The notes beneath the pieces were generated by a model. That model did not search any database, was not told the origin of the DNA, and saw nothing but the letters and a program-made list of their open reading frames with translations. Position numbers and translations under genes: made by a program. From an uncultured Acidobacteriota bacterium (GTDB lineage Bacteria; Acidobacteriota; UBA6911), in contig CAWJKZ010000014.1 in the NCBI GenBank assembly GCA_963843575.1, positions 96,001 through 160,000 of the forward strand: a DNA stretch of 64,000 nt, in the 5' to 3' direction. Within the stretch, counting starts at the first letter, position 1. Every line of letters starts with the position of its first letter. This document shows positions 39,449 through 47,770 of the stretch, piece by piece.

Positions 39449-39914
39449 ACCCGGCGGAGATCTCCACCCTGTTGAAGGAAACCTTCGGCGAGAAGATCCT
39501 CGACTCGAAGGCCGGATGGCGCAAACCCCTGGAGCGCCATCGCTCCCGGAGGCCATCGTCGAAGTCAGCCGTTTCGTCCGGGACGACGAGCGGTTGAAGA
39601 TGAACCACCTTGAACTGCTGGGCGGTGTCGACTACAAGGACCGCATCGAAGTGGTCTACGTCGTGACTTCCCTCGAACTCGGACACCGCTACACGCTGAA
39701 GTGCCGCCTGCCGCGGGAAAACCCCTCCTTGCCGACGGTGGAGTCGGTGTGGGCGGTTGCCAACTGGCACGAACGCGAGACGTACGACATGTTCGGCGTC
39801 GTGTTCGCGGGGCACAGTGACCACCGCCGCATCCTGCTCCCCGACGACTGGGAGGGGTATCCGCTGCGGAAAGACTACAAGGCCCCCAAGACCTACCGCG
39901 ACATGCCGGTGTAG
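39445..39914 (+). CDS. nuoC: NADH-quinone oxidoreductase subunit C; indels near 39515-39545
   Basis: Start [15 protein letters not shown]; [13 protein letters not shown]...[18 protein letters not shown]. Confidence 0.92.
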
Positions 39915-39936
39915 CACGGCGGATCTGGAGTGGAAA

Positions 39937-41058
39937 ATGCAAGTTGAGTACAGCGGCGAAACGATGACCCTCAACATGGGCCCGCAGCACCCGTCCACCC
40001 ATGGGGTCCTGCGGCTGGAACTTAAGACCGACGGCGAGGTGGTCGCGGAAGCGGTGCCGCACATCGGCTACCTGCACCGCTGCTTCGAGAAGCACGCCGA
40101 GAACGTCGAATATCCCGGGGTGATCCCCTTCACGGACCGCCTCGATTACATCGCCGCGATGAACATGGAGCTCGGCTACGTCCTGACGGTCGAGAAGCTC
40201 ATGGGTATCCAGGTGAACAACCGGGTGCGCTGCCTGCGCATCATCATGGCGGAGCTGAACCGGATCGCCAGCCACCTGCTGGCCGCGGGGACGTACGGCA
40301 ACGACATGGGCTCGTTCACGCCCTTCCTGCACTGCTTCCGCGACCGCGAGACGATCCTGGACATCTTCGAGGAGACCTGCGGGGCGCGGCTGCTGTACAA
40401 CTACAACTGGATCGGCGGCCTGATGTACGACGTCAAGCCCGGCTTCGAAACGAAGGTCATGGACTTCGTCGACTATTTCGAGCCGCAGGTCGACAGCCTC
40501 AACCGGCTCCTGTCCTACAACCACATCTTCGTCAAGCGCACGGCCTCCGTGGGGATCCTTCCCGCCGAGAGGGCGATCAGTTACGGCGTCACTGGCCCGA
40601 ACCTGCGTGGCAGCGGCGTCAAGTACGACGTGCGGAGGAACGAGCCGTACCTGGGATACGACGAGATCGACTTCGACATTCCTGTCGGCCGCGGCGAGTT
40701 CGGCCCCGTGGGATCGTGTTTCGACCGCTACATCGTGCGGATCCTCGAGGTAAAGGAATGCTGCAAGATCATCCGGCAGGCGGTCAGGATGCTCACCCCG
40801 GGAGACGTGCACGAGGCCATCCCGAAGCGCATAAAGCCTCCGGCCGGCGAAGTCTACATGCGCACCGAGTGCCCCCGCGGCGAACTGGGTTACTACATCG
40901 TCAGCGACGGAGGGCTCAAGCCGTACCGTGTCAAGGTGAAGTCCCCGTGCTTCACCGTTATGAGCGCCTTCAAGGAGATGAGCCGCGGCGCCATGATCTC
41001 CGACATCGTCGCCCTGGTCGGCAGCGTCGACATCGTCCTGGGTGAGATTGACCGTTAG
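39937..41058 (+). CDS. nuoD: NADH-quinone oxidoreductase subunit D (copy 2)
   Basis: NMGPQHPSTHG; GYLHR; DRLDY; GEIDR. Confidence 0.96.
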   Translation: MQVEYSGETMTLNMGPQHPSTHGVLRLELKTDGEVVAEAVPHIGYLHRCFEKHAENVEYPGVIPFTDRLDYIAAMNMELGYVLTVEKLMGIQVNNRVRCLRIIMAELNRIASHLLAAGTYGNDMGSFTPFLHCFRDRETILDIFEETCGARLLYNYNWIGGLMYDVKPGFETKVMDFVDYFEPQVDSLNRLLSYNHIFVKRTASVGILPAERAISYGVTGPNLRGSGVKYDVRRNEPYLGYDEIDFDIPVGRGEFGPVGSCFDRYIVRILEVKECCKIIRQAVRMLTPGDVHEAIPKRIKPPAGEVYMRTECPRGELGYYIVSDGGLKPYRVKVKSPCFTVMSAFKEMSRGAMISDIVALVGSVDIVLGEIDR

Positions 41059-41074
41059 CAGAGGACCGATCCCG

Positions 41075-42130
41075 ATGGAATCCATCAATCAGCTGCTGCA
41101 ACTCCTACCGAACTACGGCGCCGTCCCGCGGGTGCTGCAGACGTTTATCGTACAGCTCGTCAGCGCCGTCCTGGTCCTGGCGCTGGTCGCGATCCTCGTC
41201 ATGTTCCTCGTCTGGCTCGAGCGGAAGGTGTCGGCGCACATGCAGGACCGGCTCGGCCCCATGTATGTGGGAGGGTGGCATGGGTGGGCACAGTCGCTGG
41301 CGGACGGCCTCAAACTGCTGTTCAAGGAAGACATCATCCCCGCCGCCGCCGACCCGGTCCTTTTCCGGATAGCGCCCGCGCTGGTGTTCACGGCTTCCTT
41401 CTCGTCCCTGGTCGTCATCCCGTTCGGGGCGGCCTCGATCGTCGAGGACCTGAACATCGGGATACTCTACGTGGTCGCGGTGACGAGCCTCTCGGTGGTC
41501 GGGATCATCATGGCGGGGTGGGCGTCCAACAACAAGTACGCGCTCTACGGCGGGATGCGCGGCGCCGCCCAGATCGTCAGTTACGAGATCCCAGCCGCAC
41601 TGGCCATCATGGCGGTTGTCATACCCGTGGGCAGCCTCTCGATGCAGGATATCGTGCGGGCGCAGGCGGGTGGGATACACCACTGGTTCCTGTTCCGCAA
41701 CCCGTTCACCTTCGTGGCCTTCTTCGTCTACTTCATCTGCTCGCTCGCCGAAGTGAACCGGACGCCGTTTGACATCCCCGAGGCGGAGTCGGAGTTGGTT
41801 GCGGGCTATCACACCGAGTACTCCGGCATGCGCTTCGCGTTCTTCTTCCTCGCCGAGTACGCCAACATGTTCGTCGTGGCGGGCATCGCGACGACCCTCT
41901 TCCTCGGCGGCTGGAGTCAGGTCCTGCCGGCGGCCTGGGTGCCGCGGCAGCTCATCCCCGGCCCGGTGCTGTTCACTCTCAAGGCGATGGCGTTGATTTT
42001 TGTGCAGATGTGGCTGAGATGGTCGCTCCCGCGGCTGCGGGTCGACCAGCTCATGTATATGTGCTGGAAGGTGATGATCCCGCTCGGTTTCATTCTGGTC
42101 CTCGGGGTGGGATTGATCGCGGTTTGGTGA
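41075..42130 (+). CDS. nuoH: NADH-quinone oxidoreductase subunit H
   Basis: ERKVSAHMQDRLGP; DGLKLLFKE; AEVNRTPFDIPEAESELVAGYHTEYSG. Confidence 0.97.
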   Translation: MESINQLLQLLPNYGAVPRVLQTFIVQLVSAVLVLALVAILVMFLVWLERKVSAHMQDRLGPMYVGGWHGWAQSLADGLKLLFKEDIIPAAADPVLFRIAPALVFTASFSSLVVIPFGAASIVEDLNIGILYVVAVTSLSVVGIIMAGWASNNKYALYGGMRGAAQIVSYEIPAALAIMAVVIPVGSLSMQDIVRAQAGGIHHWFLFRNPFTFVAFFVYFICSLAEVNRTPFDIPEAESELVAGYHTEYSGMRFAFFFLAEYANMFVVAGIATTLFLGGWSQVLPAAWVPRQLIPGPVLFTLKAMALIFVQMWLRWSLPRLRVDQLMYMCWKVMIPLGFILVLGVGLIAVW

Positions 42131-42191
42131 AGGGCCGGGCGCGGCGCGACCGTCGGGGTCGCAACGCCACGGCGCATTTGCAGGGAAGATC

Positions 42192-42674
42192 ATGGCTGAA
42201 TATTTCAGAGACGTCTGGTTGGGGCTCGCGACCGCTTTCCGGTCCATGGCGGTGACGTGGAAGCACCTTTTCACAAAGTCGGTGACGCTGCAGTACCCGA
42301 CGGTCAAGTGGAACCTTCCCGAGCGGGCCCGGGCGCGGCTGTTCAACAAAATCGAGGACTGCATCGGCTGCGGGCAGTGCGCACGTGTCTGCCCGACCGA
42401 CTGCATCGACATCCAGACGGAGAAGCGCGGGAAGGACGAACCGGGGATTTTCGCCTCGGACGGCACCGCCATCAAGTTGCGGACGTATGTGTTCGACATC
42501 GACATGACGCTCTGCTGTTACTGCGCGCTGTGCACCTTTCCGTGCCCCACGCACTGCCTGGTGATGACGCGGGAGTACGAGTACTCCGTCTACGACAAAA
42601 AGGACCACGTGTATCACTTCGCCGTCGACCGGCCGCTGTACACAACCTCCAAGGAACACGCCTCCAAAGCGTGA
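42192..42674 (+). CDS. nuoI: NADH-quinone oxidoreductase subunit I (copy 2)
   Basis: VTLQYP; CIGCGQCARVCP; CCYCALCTFPCP. Confidence 0.95.
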   Translation: MAEYFRDVWLGLATAFRSMAVTWKHLFTKSVTLQYPTVKWNLPERARARLFNKIEDCIGCGQCARVCPTDCIDIQTEKRGKDEPGIFASDGTAIKLRTYVFDIDMTLCCYCALCTFPCPTHCLVMTREYEYSVYDKKDHVYHFAVDRPLYTTSKEHASKA

Positions 42675-42676
42675 CG

Positions 42677-43193
42677 ATGCACCTTATGGACACATCGCTC
42701 GTAAGCCAGATCGTGTTTTATGCCTTTGCCACGATCACGGTCGCCTCGGCGGCTGTGGTGGTTTTCTCGCGCAACCTGATCTACTCCGCCTTTGGCCTGC
42801 TGTTTACCTTCTTCGGTGTGGCCGTTCTGTACGTATATCTCGGAGCGGATTTCCTGGCCGCGGCCCAGATGGTCATCTACGTGGGCGGCATCCTCGTGCT
42901 GCTGCTGTTCGGGGTGATGCTCACCCACAAGCTGTACAGCCTCGACCTGAAATCCGACACCTTTCAGTTCGTTCCCGGCACTCCTGCTCGCCCTCGCGGT
43001 GTTCACGACGCTGATGGGCGTCATGTGGCGCACGACGTGGGCCGGCCACGGCGAACGAGTGCCCAATCCCACGACCGCGCACATCGGCGAGTTGTTCATG
43101 AAGGAATACATACTGCCCTTTGAGGTTGCGTCGGTCTTTCTGCTGGTCGCGCTGATCGGCGCCGCCATGATCGTCAGGAGGAGACAGGGATGA
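42677..43193 (+). CDS. nuoJ: NADH-quinone oxidoreductase subunit J; frameshift near 42980
   Basis: ADFLAAAQMVIYVGGILVLLLFGVML; continues YILPFEVASVFLLVALIGA. Confidence 0.92.
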
Positions 43194-43495
43194 TCGGACT
43201 CGGCAATTATCTTTTCATCAGCGCGGCCCTCTTCTCTCTGGGCCTCATGTGCGTGCTCACCCGCAAGAACGCCGTCCACGTGCTGATGGGGGTTGAGCTG
43301 ATCCTGAACTCGGCCAACATAAACCTGGTCGCGTTCTCGAAATTCTCGTCGGGGAACCTCGACGGGCAGGTGTTCGCGATCTTCGTGATCGTGGTCGCCG
43401 CGGCCGAGGCCGCCGTCGGGCTCGCCATCGTGCTGGCGATGTACCGGCTGGTGCGAACCGTCAACCTCGACCGCGCGGATACGCTCAAGGGGTAA
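43190..43495 (+). CDS. nuoK: NADH-quinone oxidoreductase subunit K
   Basis: LMGVELILNSANIN; AAAEAAVGLA. Confidence 0.96.
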   Translation: MIGLGNYLFISAALFSLGLMCVLTRKNAVHVLMGVELILNSANINLVAFSKFSSGNLDGQVFAIFVIVVAAAEAAVGLAIVLAMYRLVRTVNLDRADTLKG

Positions 43496-43498
43496 TCC

Positions 43499-44986
43499 AT
43501 GAATCCTCAGCTCCTGCATGACCTCCGGCTGTTCTACCCCGAGATGGCCATCACCGCCGCGTTTCTCGTCGTCGTGATCGTGGACATCTCCCCCGCGAGC
43601 ATCCGCAGGGTCGGCACGTTCCTGGTCGCGGCCATCGGGCTGGCCGCCGCCTTCGCGCTCACCATTCCACTGTTCGGCGCGCCCGCCGGGACGTTGTTCT
43701 ACGGCATGGTAGCCCTGGACGGCATGGCGGTCTTCTTCAAAGCTTTCCTGATCCTGACCTCCTTCCTGATCCTGCTGTCGGCGCCGGGATCCCGTGAGCT
43801 CGCCAGGTCGAGCCGCGGCGAGTTCTACGCGCTGCTGCTCGGGGTGACCCTGGGGATGATGCTGCTGGTGTCGGCGGCGGACTTGCTGATGCTCTTCCTG
43901 GCGCTCGAAATGGTGTCGCTCACCAGCTACATCATGGTGGGCTACCTGCGCAACGAACGCCTCTCCAACGAGGCAGCCCTGAAGTACCTCCTGTTTGGCG
44001 TCGTTTGCACCGGCTCCATGCTCTACGGCATCACTCTCCTGTTCGGCTTGACGGGGAGCACCCACATGGCGGCGATCCGGCAGTTCCTGGCCGGAGGCGC
44101 TGGCGCGGGGGGCAACTCGATGATGCTCCTGGTGGCCACGGTCCTGATCCTCGCCGGCTTTGGCTTCAAGACGGCGGCCGTGCCGTTCCACTTCTGGTGC
44201 CCGGACGTCTACAGCGGCGCCCCCACCCCGGTGACCGCCTTCCTGAGCGTGGCCCCGAAGGCGGCCGGGTTCGCGGCCTTGATCCGCTTCTTTTTCACGG
44301 GGCTCCCCCACTCCGCCGATGCCACGAGCCAGATTGCTCAGGGCTCGGTCGACTGGGCCTTCCTCCTCCTGCTGCTGTCGGTTGTCAGCATGACGTTCGG
44401 TAACATCGCGGCCCTGCGCCAGGAGAACATGAAGCGTCTGCTGGCCTACTCGTCGATCGCGCACGCCGGATACATCTTCATGGGCGCCGTGGTGATGTCG
44501 CCCGACGGCCTGCAGTCGATTCTGATCTACCTGGTCACCTACCTGTTCATGAACCTTGGGGCTTTCCTGGTGGTCATCGAAATCTTCAACCGGACCGGCA
44601 GCTTCGAGCTCAGCGCATATCGCGGCTTCTACCGCCGTTCGCCGTTCCTGACGATCGCGATGACCGTCTTCATGCTGTCGCTCATGGGCATCCCGCCCTT
44701 CGCGGGTTTCTTCGGAAAGCTGTTCGTGTTCGCAGCCGCGGTGAACGGCGGCATGGCCTGGTACGCCGTGGTAGGTGCACTGAACAGCGTGGTAGCCGTC
44801 TATTACTATGCACGGGTCATCAAGACCATGATCATCGACGGGGCCGAGGACGAAAGTCGAGTGCAGCTGTCCTGGGCGAACGAAGTCCTGGTGTGGCTCA
44901 TGCTGCTTCCCACGGCGGGGCTGATGATCTTCTGGGACCGCGTCCAGAAGCTGACCGGCGACTCGATGCGCCTCTTCCTCGGGTGA
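43499..44986 (+). CDS. nuoN: NADH-quinone oxidoreductase subunit N
   Basis: EAALKYLLFG; GFGFKTAAVPFHFWCPDVYSGAPTPVTAFLS..PK; KRLLAYSSIAHAGY; YYYARVI. No NuoL-type transverse C-terminal extension. Confidence 0.94.
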   Translation: MNPQLLHDLRLFYPEMAITAAFLVVVIVDISPASIRRVGTFLVAAIGLAAAFALTIPLFGAPAGTLFYGMVALDGMAVFFKAFLILTSFLILLSAPGSRELARSSRGEFYALLLGVTLGMMLLVSAADLLMLFLALEMVSLTSYIMVGYLRNERLSNEAALKYLLFGVVCTGSMLYGITLLFGLTGSTHMAAIRQFLAGGAGAGGNSMMLLVATVLILAGFGFKTAAVPFHFWCPDVYSGAPTPVTAFLSVAPKAAGFAALIRFFFTGLPHSADATSQIAQGSVDWAFLLLLLSVVSMTFGNIAALRQENMKRLLAYSSIAHAGYIFMGAVVMSPDGLQSILIYLVTYLFMNLGAFLVVIEIFNRTGSFELSAYRGFYRRSPFLTIAMTVFMLSLMGIPPFAGFFGKLFVFAAAVNGGMAWYAVVGALNSVVAVYYYARVIKTMIIDGAEDESRVQLSWANEVLVWLMLLPTAGLMIFWDRVQKLTGDSMRLFLG

Positions 44987-45053
44987 TTCCACCGGGTCAA
45001 CGAAACCCGGTTCTGGCGGACCGTACCCCGGCGGCACTGAAGGCGGGCGGGCG

Positions 45054-46418
45054 ATGAAGCCACTGAAATTCGGCATTTCGTGGGTGAGGGGCGTGGTCGG
45101 GGAGACCCTCACGCCGGAGCTGGTGGTCGACTTCGCCTGTGCCTTCGGGACGTTCGTCGAGGGTGCGACGGTGGCGGTCGGCTACGATTCGCGGCCATCG
45201 GCCCCGATGGTGCACGCGGCGGTGCTTGCCGGCCTGCAGTCGTGCGGCTGCCAGGTGATCGACCTCGGGCTGCTTCCCACCCCCGTCATCCAGTTCGTGG
45301 TGCGCTCCCGGCGGCTGGCCGGGGGGATTTCCATCACGGCCAGCCACAACGGCGCCCGCTGGAACGCACTGAAGTTCATCGGGCGCGACGGCATCCTGCT
45401 CAATCCTTTCCAGAGCGAAGAGGTGATGGACATCTACCACCTCGGCGAGTTCCGGAAGTGCGGGTGGGACCGGCTCGGCGGCATCGGGAGCCTCCCCGAC
45501 GCCAGCCGGCGCTACTTTCGCGATCTCGTGGCCAGGCTCGACGCCGGGGCGATCCGGAAGGCCTCTTTTCGAGTGGTGACCGACGCGTGCGCGGGCGCGG
45601 GTGCCGGGCTGGTCAGCACCTTCCTCGAAGAGTTGGGTTGCAGGGTCACGGCCCTGAACGACGTCCCCGACGGGGATTTTCCCCACTCCCCGGAGCCCAA
45701 CCTGCGCAACATGAAGGGGCTCGCCTCGGTGGTCAGGAGCGTCGGGGCCGACATCGGTTTCCTCGTCAACGCCGACGCCGACCGGGTCGGCGTCGTGGCC
45801 GAGGGGGGCGTGGCGCTGAGCGAGGAGTACGTTTTCCCGCTCGTCGCGGATTACCTGCTCGAAACCACGCCGGGTCCGGTCGTCTCGACGCTCTCCACCT
45901 CCCGGATGGTGGAAAGCGCCGCCCGCAGGCACGGACGGCCCGTGGTGCGGGCACGCATCGGTGAAGGCTACGTGGTGCAGCGGGCGTTGCTCGAACGCGC
46001 CGCCGTCGGCGGGGAGGGAAGCGGCGGAGTCCTGGTGCCGCGCTGGAGGCGGTGGTTCGACGGTTTTGCGGTCATCGGCCTCCTCCTGGAATGCCTGGCC
46101 CGCAAGGGCGTTCGGGTTTCCGAACTCGCCGCCCGGCTTCCGCGCCTGCACATGTTGAAGGGGACGGTGCCTAGCTCCGCGGAGCGCGTGTATCCCATCA
46201 TCGAGTCGTTCCGGGCGAAATATCGCGACTGCGCCCCAAATCTCGAGGACGGTGTTCGGGTGGACTGGGAGGACGCCTGGCTCCACGTGCGCGCCAGCAA
46301 CACCGAACCCTTGATCCGGGTGATCGTGGAGGCGGAGGCCGCTGGGCGCGCGCAGGAGCTCTACGAGGGGTGCCTGGACGAGATCCGCCGGATGCAGTCC
46401 GGCCGGGGCAGTGCATGA
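45054..46418 (+). CDS. Alpha-D-phosphohexomutase (PGM/PMM/GlmM family), copy 1
   Basis: ITASHN; metal loop NADADR; GGEGSGG; HVRASNTEP. Confidence 0.9.
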   Translation: MKPLKFGISWVRGVVGETLTPELVVDFACAFGTFVEGATVAVGYDSRPSAPMVHAAVLAGLQSCGCQVIDLGLLPTPVIQFVVRSRRLAGGISITASHNGARWNALKFIGRDGILLNPFQSEEVMDIYHLGEFRKCGWDRLGGIGSLPDASRRYFRDLVARLDAGAIRKASFRVVTDACAGAGAGLVSTFLEELGCRVTALNDVPDGDFPHSPEPNLRNMKGLASVVRSVGADIGFLVNADADRVGVVAEGGVALSEEYVFPLVADYLLETTPGPVVSTLSTSRMVESAARRHGRPVVRARIGEGYVVQRALLERAAVGGEGSGGVLVPRWRRWFDGFAVIGLLLECLARKGVRVSELAARLPRLHMLKGTVPSSAERVYPIIESFRAKYRDCAPNLEDGVRVDWEDAWLHVRASNTEPLIRVIVEAEAAGRAQELYEGCLDEIRRMQSGRGSA

Positions 46419-47770
46419 CGCGCATACAGTCGTTAAAGATCAGCATCTCCGGGGTCCGAGGCATCGTGGGAGAAACCCTGACCCCGCAGCTCCTCACCGC
46501 GTTCGCGGGGGCGTTCGGCACTTATCTGGGTCGCGGCCCGATCCTGGTCGGGCGCGATACCCGGAAATCCGGGGAGATGGTGCGCAACGCCGTGTACGCC
46601 GGCCTGCTGTCGGCCGGGTGCGAGCCCGTCGACCTGGGCGTCTGCCCGGTACCGTCCATACAGATTCGCACTGCGGCCGTGCGGGCCCGCGGTGCCATCG
46701 CGATCACCGCCAGCCACAACCCCGTCGAGTGGAACGCGCTGAAGTTCGTCGGCTCCCGGGGTCTCTTCCTCAACGCACACCAGGCGGAGGAGCTCCTGGA
46801 CATCTACCACCAGCGGGACTTCACCCAGGTCCCTTCAGGCGAAATCAGGCGCGCCCGCACCGACGATCGGGCCGTCGCAACCCACCTGGAACGGTTGATG
46901 GCGTCCCTGGACGCCCGTGCCATCCGCCGTGCCGGCTTGAAGGTGGCGCTCGATTCGTGCAACGGGGCGGGGAGCGTGGCGGCGCCCCGTTTTCTCCGCG
47001 ACCTGGGATGCCGCCTTTTCCCCATCCACACCGACCCCGACGGCGGTTTCCCGCGCAACCCGGAGCCCGTGCCGGAAAACCTGGGCGATCTGGCGGCGGC
47101 GGTGCGCCGGCACCACGCGGACATCGGGTTTGCGCAGGACGCGGACGCCGACCGGCTCGCCGTCGTCGACGCTGGGGGCAACCCCATCGGCGAAGACTAC
47201 ACGCTCGCCCTCGCCTGCCTGTTTGTCCTGCGCCGCACCCCCGGCACCGTCGTCACCAATCTGTCGACCACACGTGCGGTCGACGACATAGCGGCCGCGC
47301 ACCATTGTCCCGTGATCCGCACCAGGATCGGCGAGATCAACGTCGTCGAGGAGATGATACAAACCGACGCCGTCGTCGGCGGCGAAGGGAACGGAGGCGT
47401 CATACTGCCGCGTGTGCACCATTGCCGGGACAGCATGGGCGGCATGGGCACGATCCTCCAGCTGATGGCGGAAACCCGGAAATCCCTGCGCCAGATACTC
47501 GACGACCTGCCCAGGTACGTCATGGTGAAGGAAAAGACGGCATTCCCGCCCGAGCAGGTGCCTCTGCTGCTCGACCGTCTGCGGCGTGAGTTCCCCGGTG
47601 CCCAGGCCAACACCCTGGACGGGCTGAAGCTCTCCTGGGCCGGGGAATGGCTTCACGTCCGCTCGTCGAACACCGAACCCGTGCTGCGCATCGTGGCCGA
47701 AGCGCGCTCGGCCCGGCGCGCCCGGGCGCTGGTGCACCGCACCCAGGCGCTCGTCACGGAGCTCAAATGA
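46415..47770 (+). CDS. Alpha-D-phosphohexomutase (PGM/PMM/GlmM family), copy 2
   Basis: ITASHNP; DADADR; GGEGNGG; HVRSSNTEP; ATGA overlap with the previous gene. Confidence 0.92.
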   Translation: MTRIQSLKISISGVRGIVGETLTPQLLTAFAGAFGTYLGRGPILVGRDTRKSGEMVRNAVYAGLLSAGCEPVDLGVCPVPSIQIRTAAVRARGAIAITASHNPVEWNALKFVGSRGLFLNAHQAEELLDIYHQRDFTQVPSGEIRRARTDDRAVATHLERLMASLDARAIRRAGLKVALDSCNGAGSVAAPRFLRDLGCRLFPIHTDPDGGFPRNPEPVPENLGDLAAAVRRHHADIGFAQDADADRLAVVDAGGNPIGEDYTLALACLFVLRRTPGTVVTNLSTTRAVDDIAAAHHCPVIRTRIGEINVVEEMIQTDAVVGGEGNGGVILPRVHHCRDSMGGMGTILQLMAETRKSLRQILDDLPRYVMVKEKTAFPPEQVPLLLDRLRREFPGAQANTLDGLKLSWAGEWLHVRSSNTEPVLRIVAEARSARRARALVHRTQALVTELK

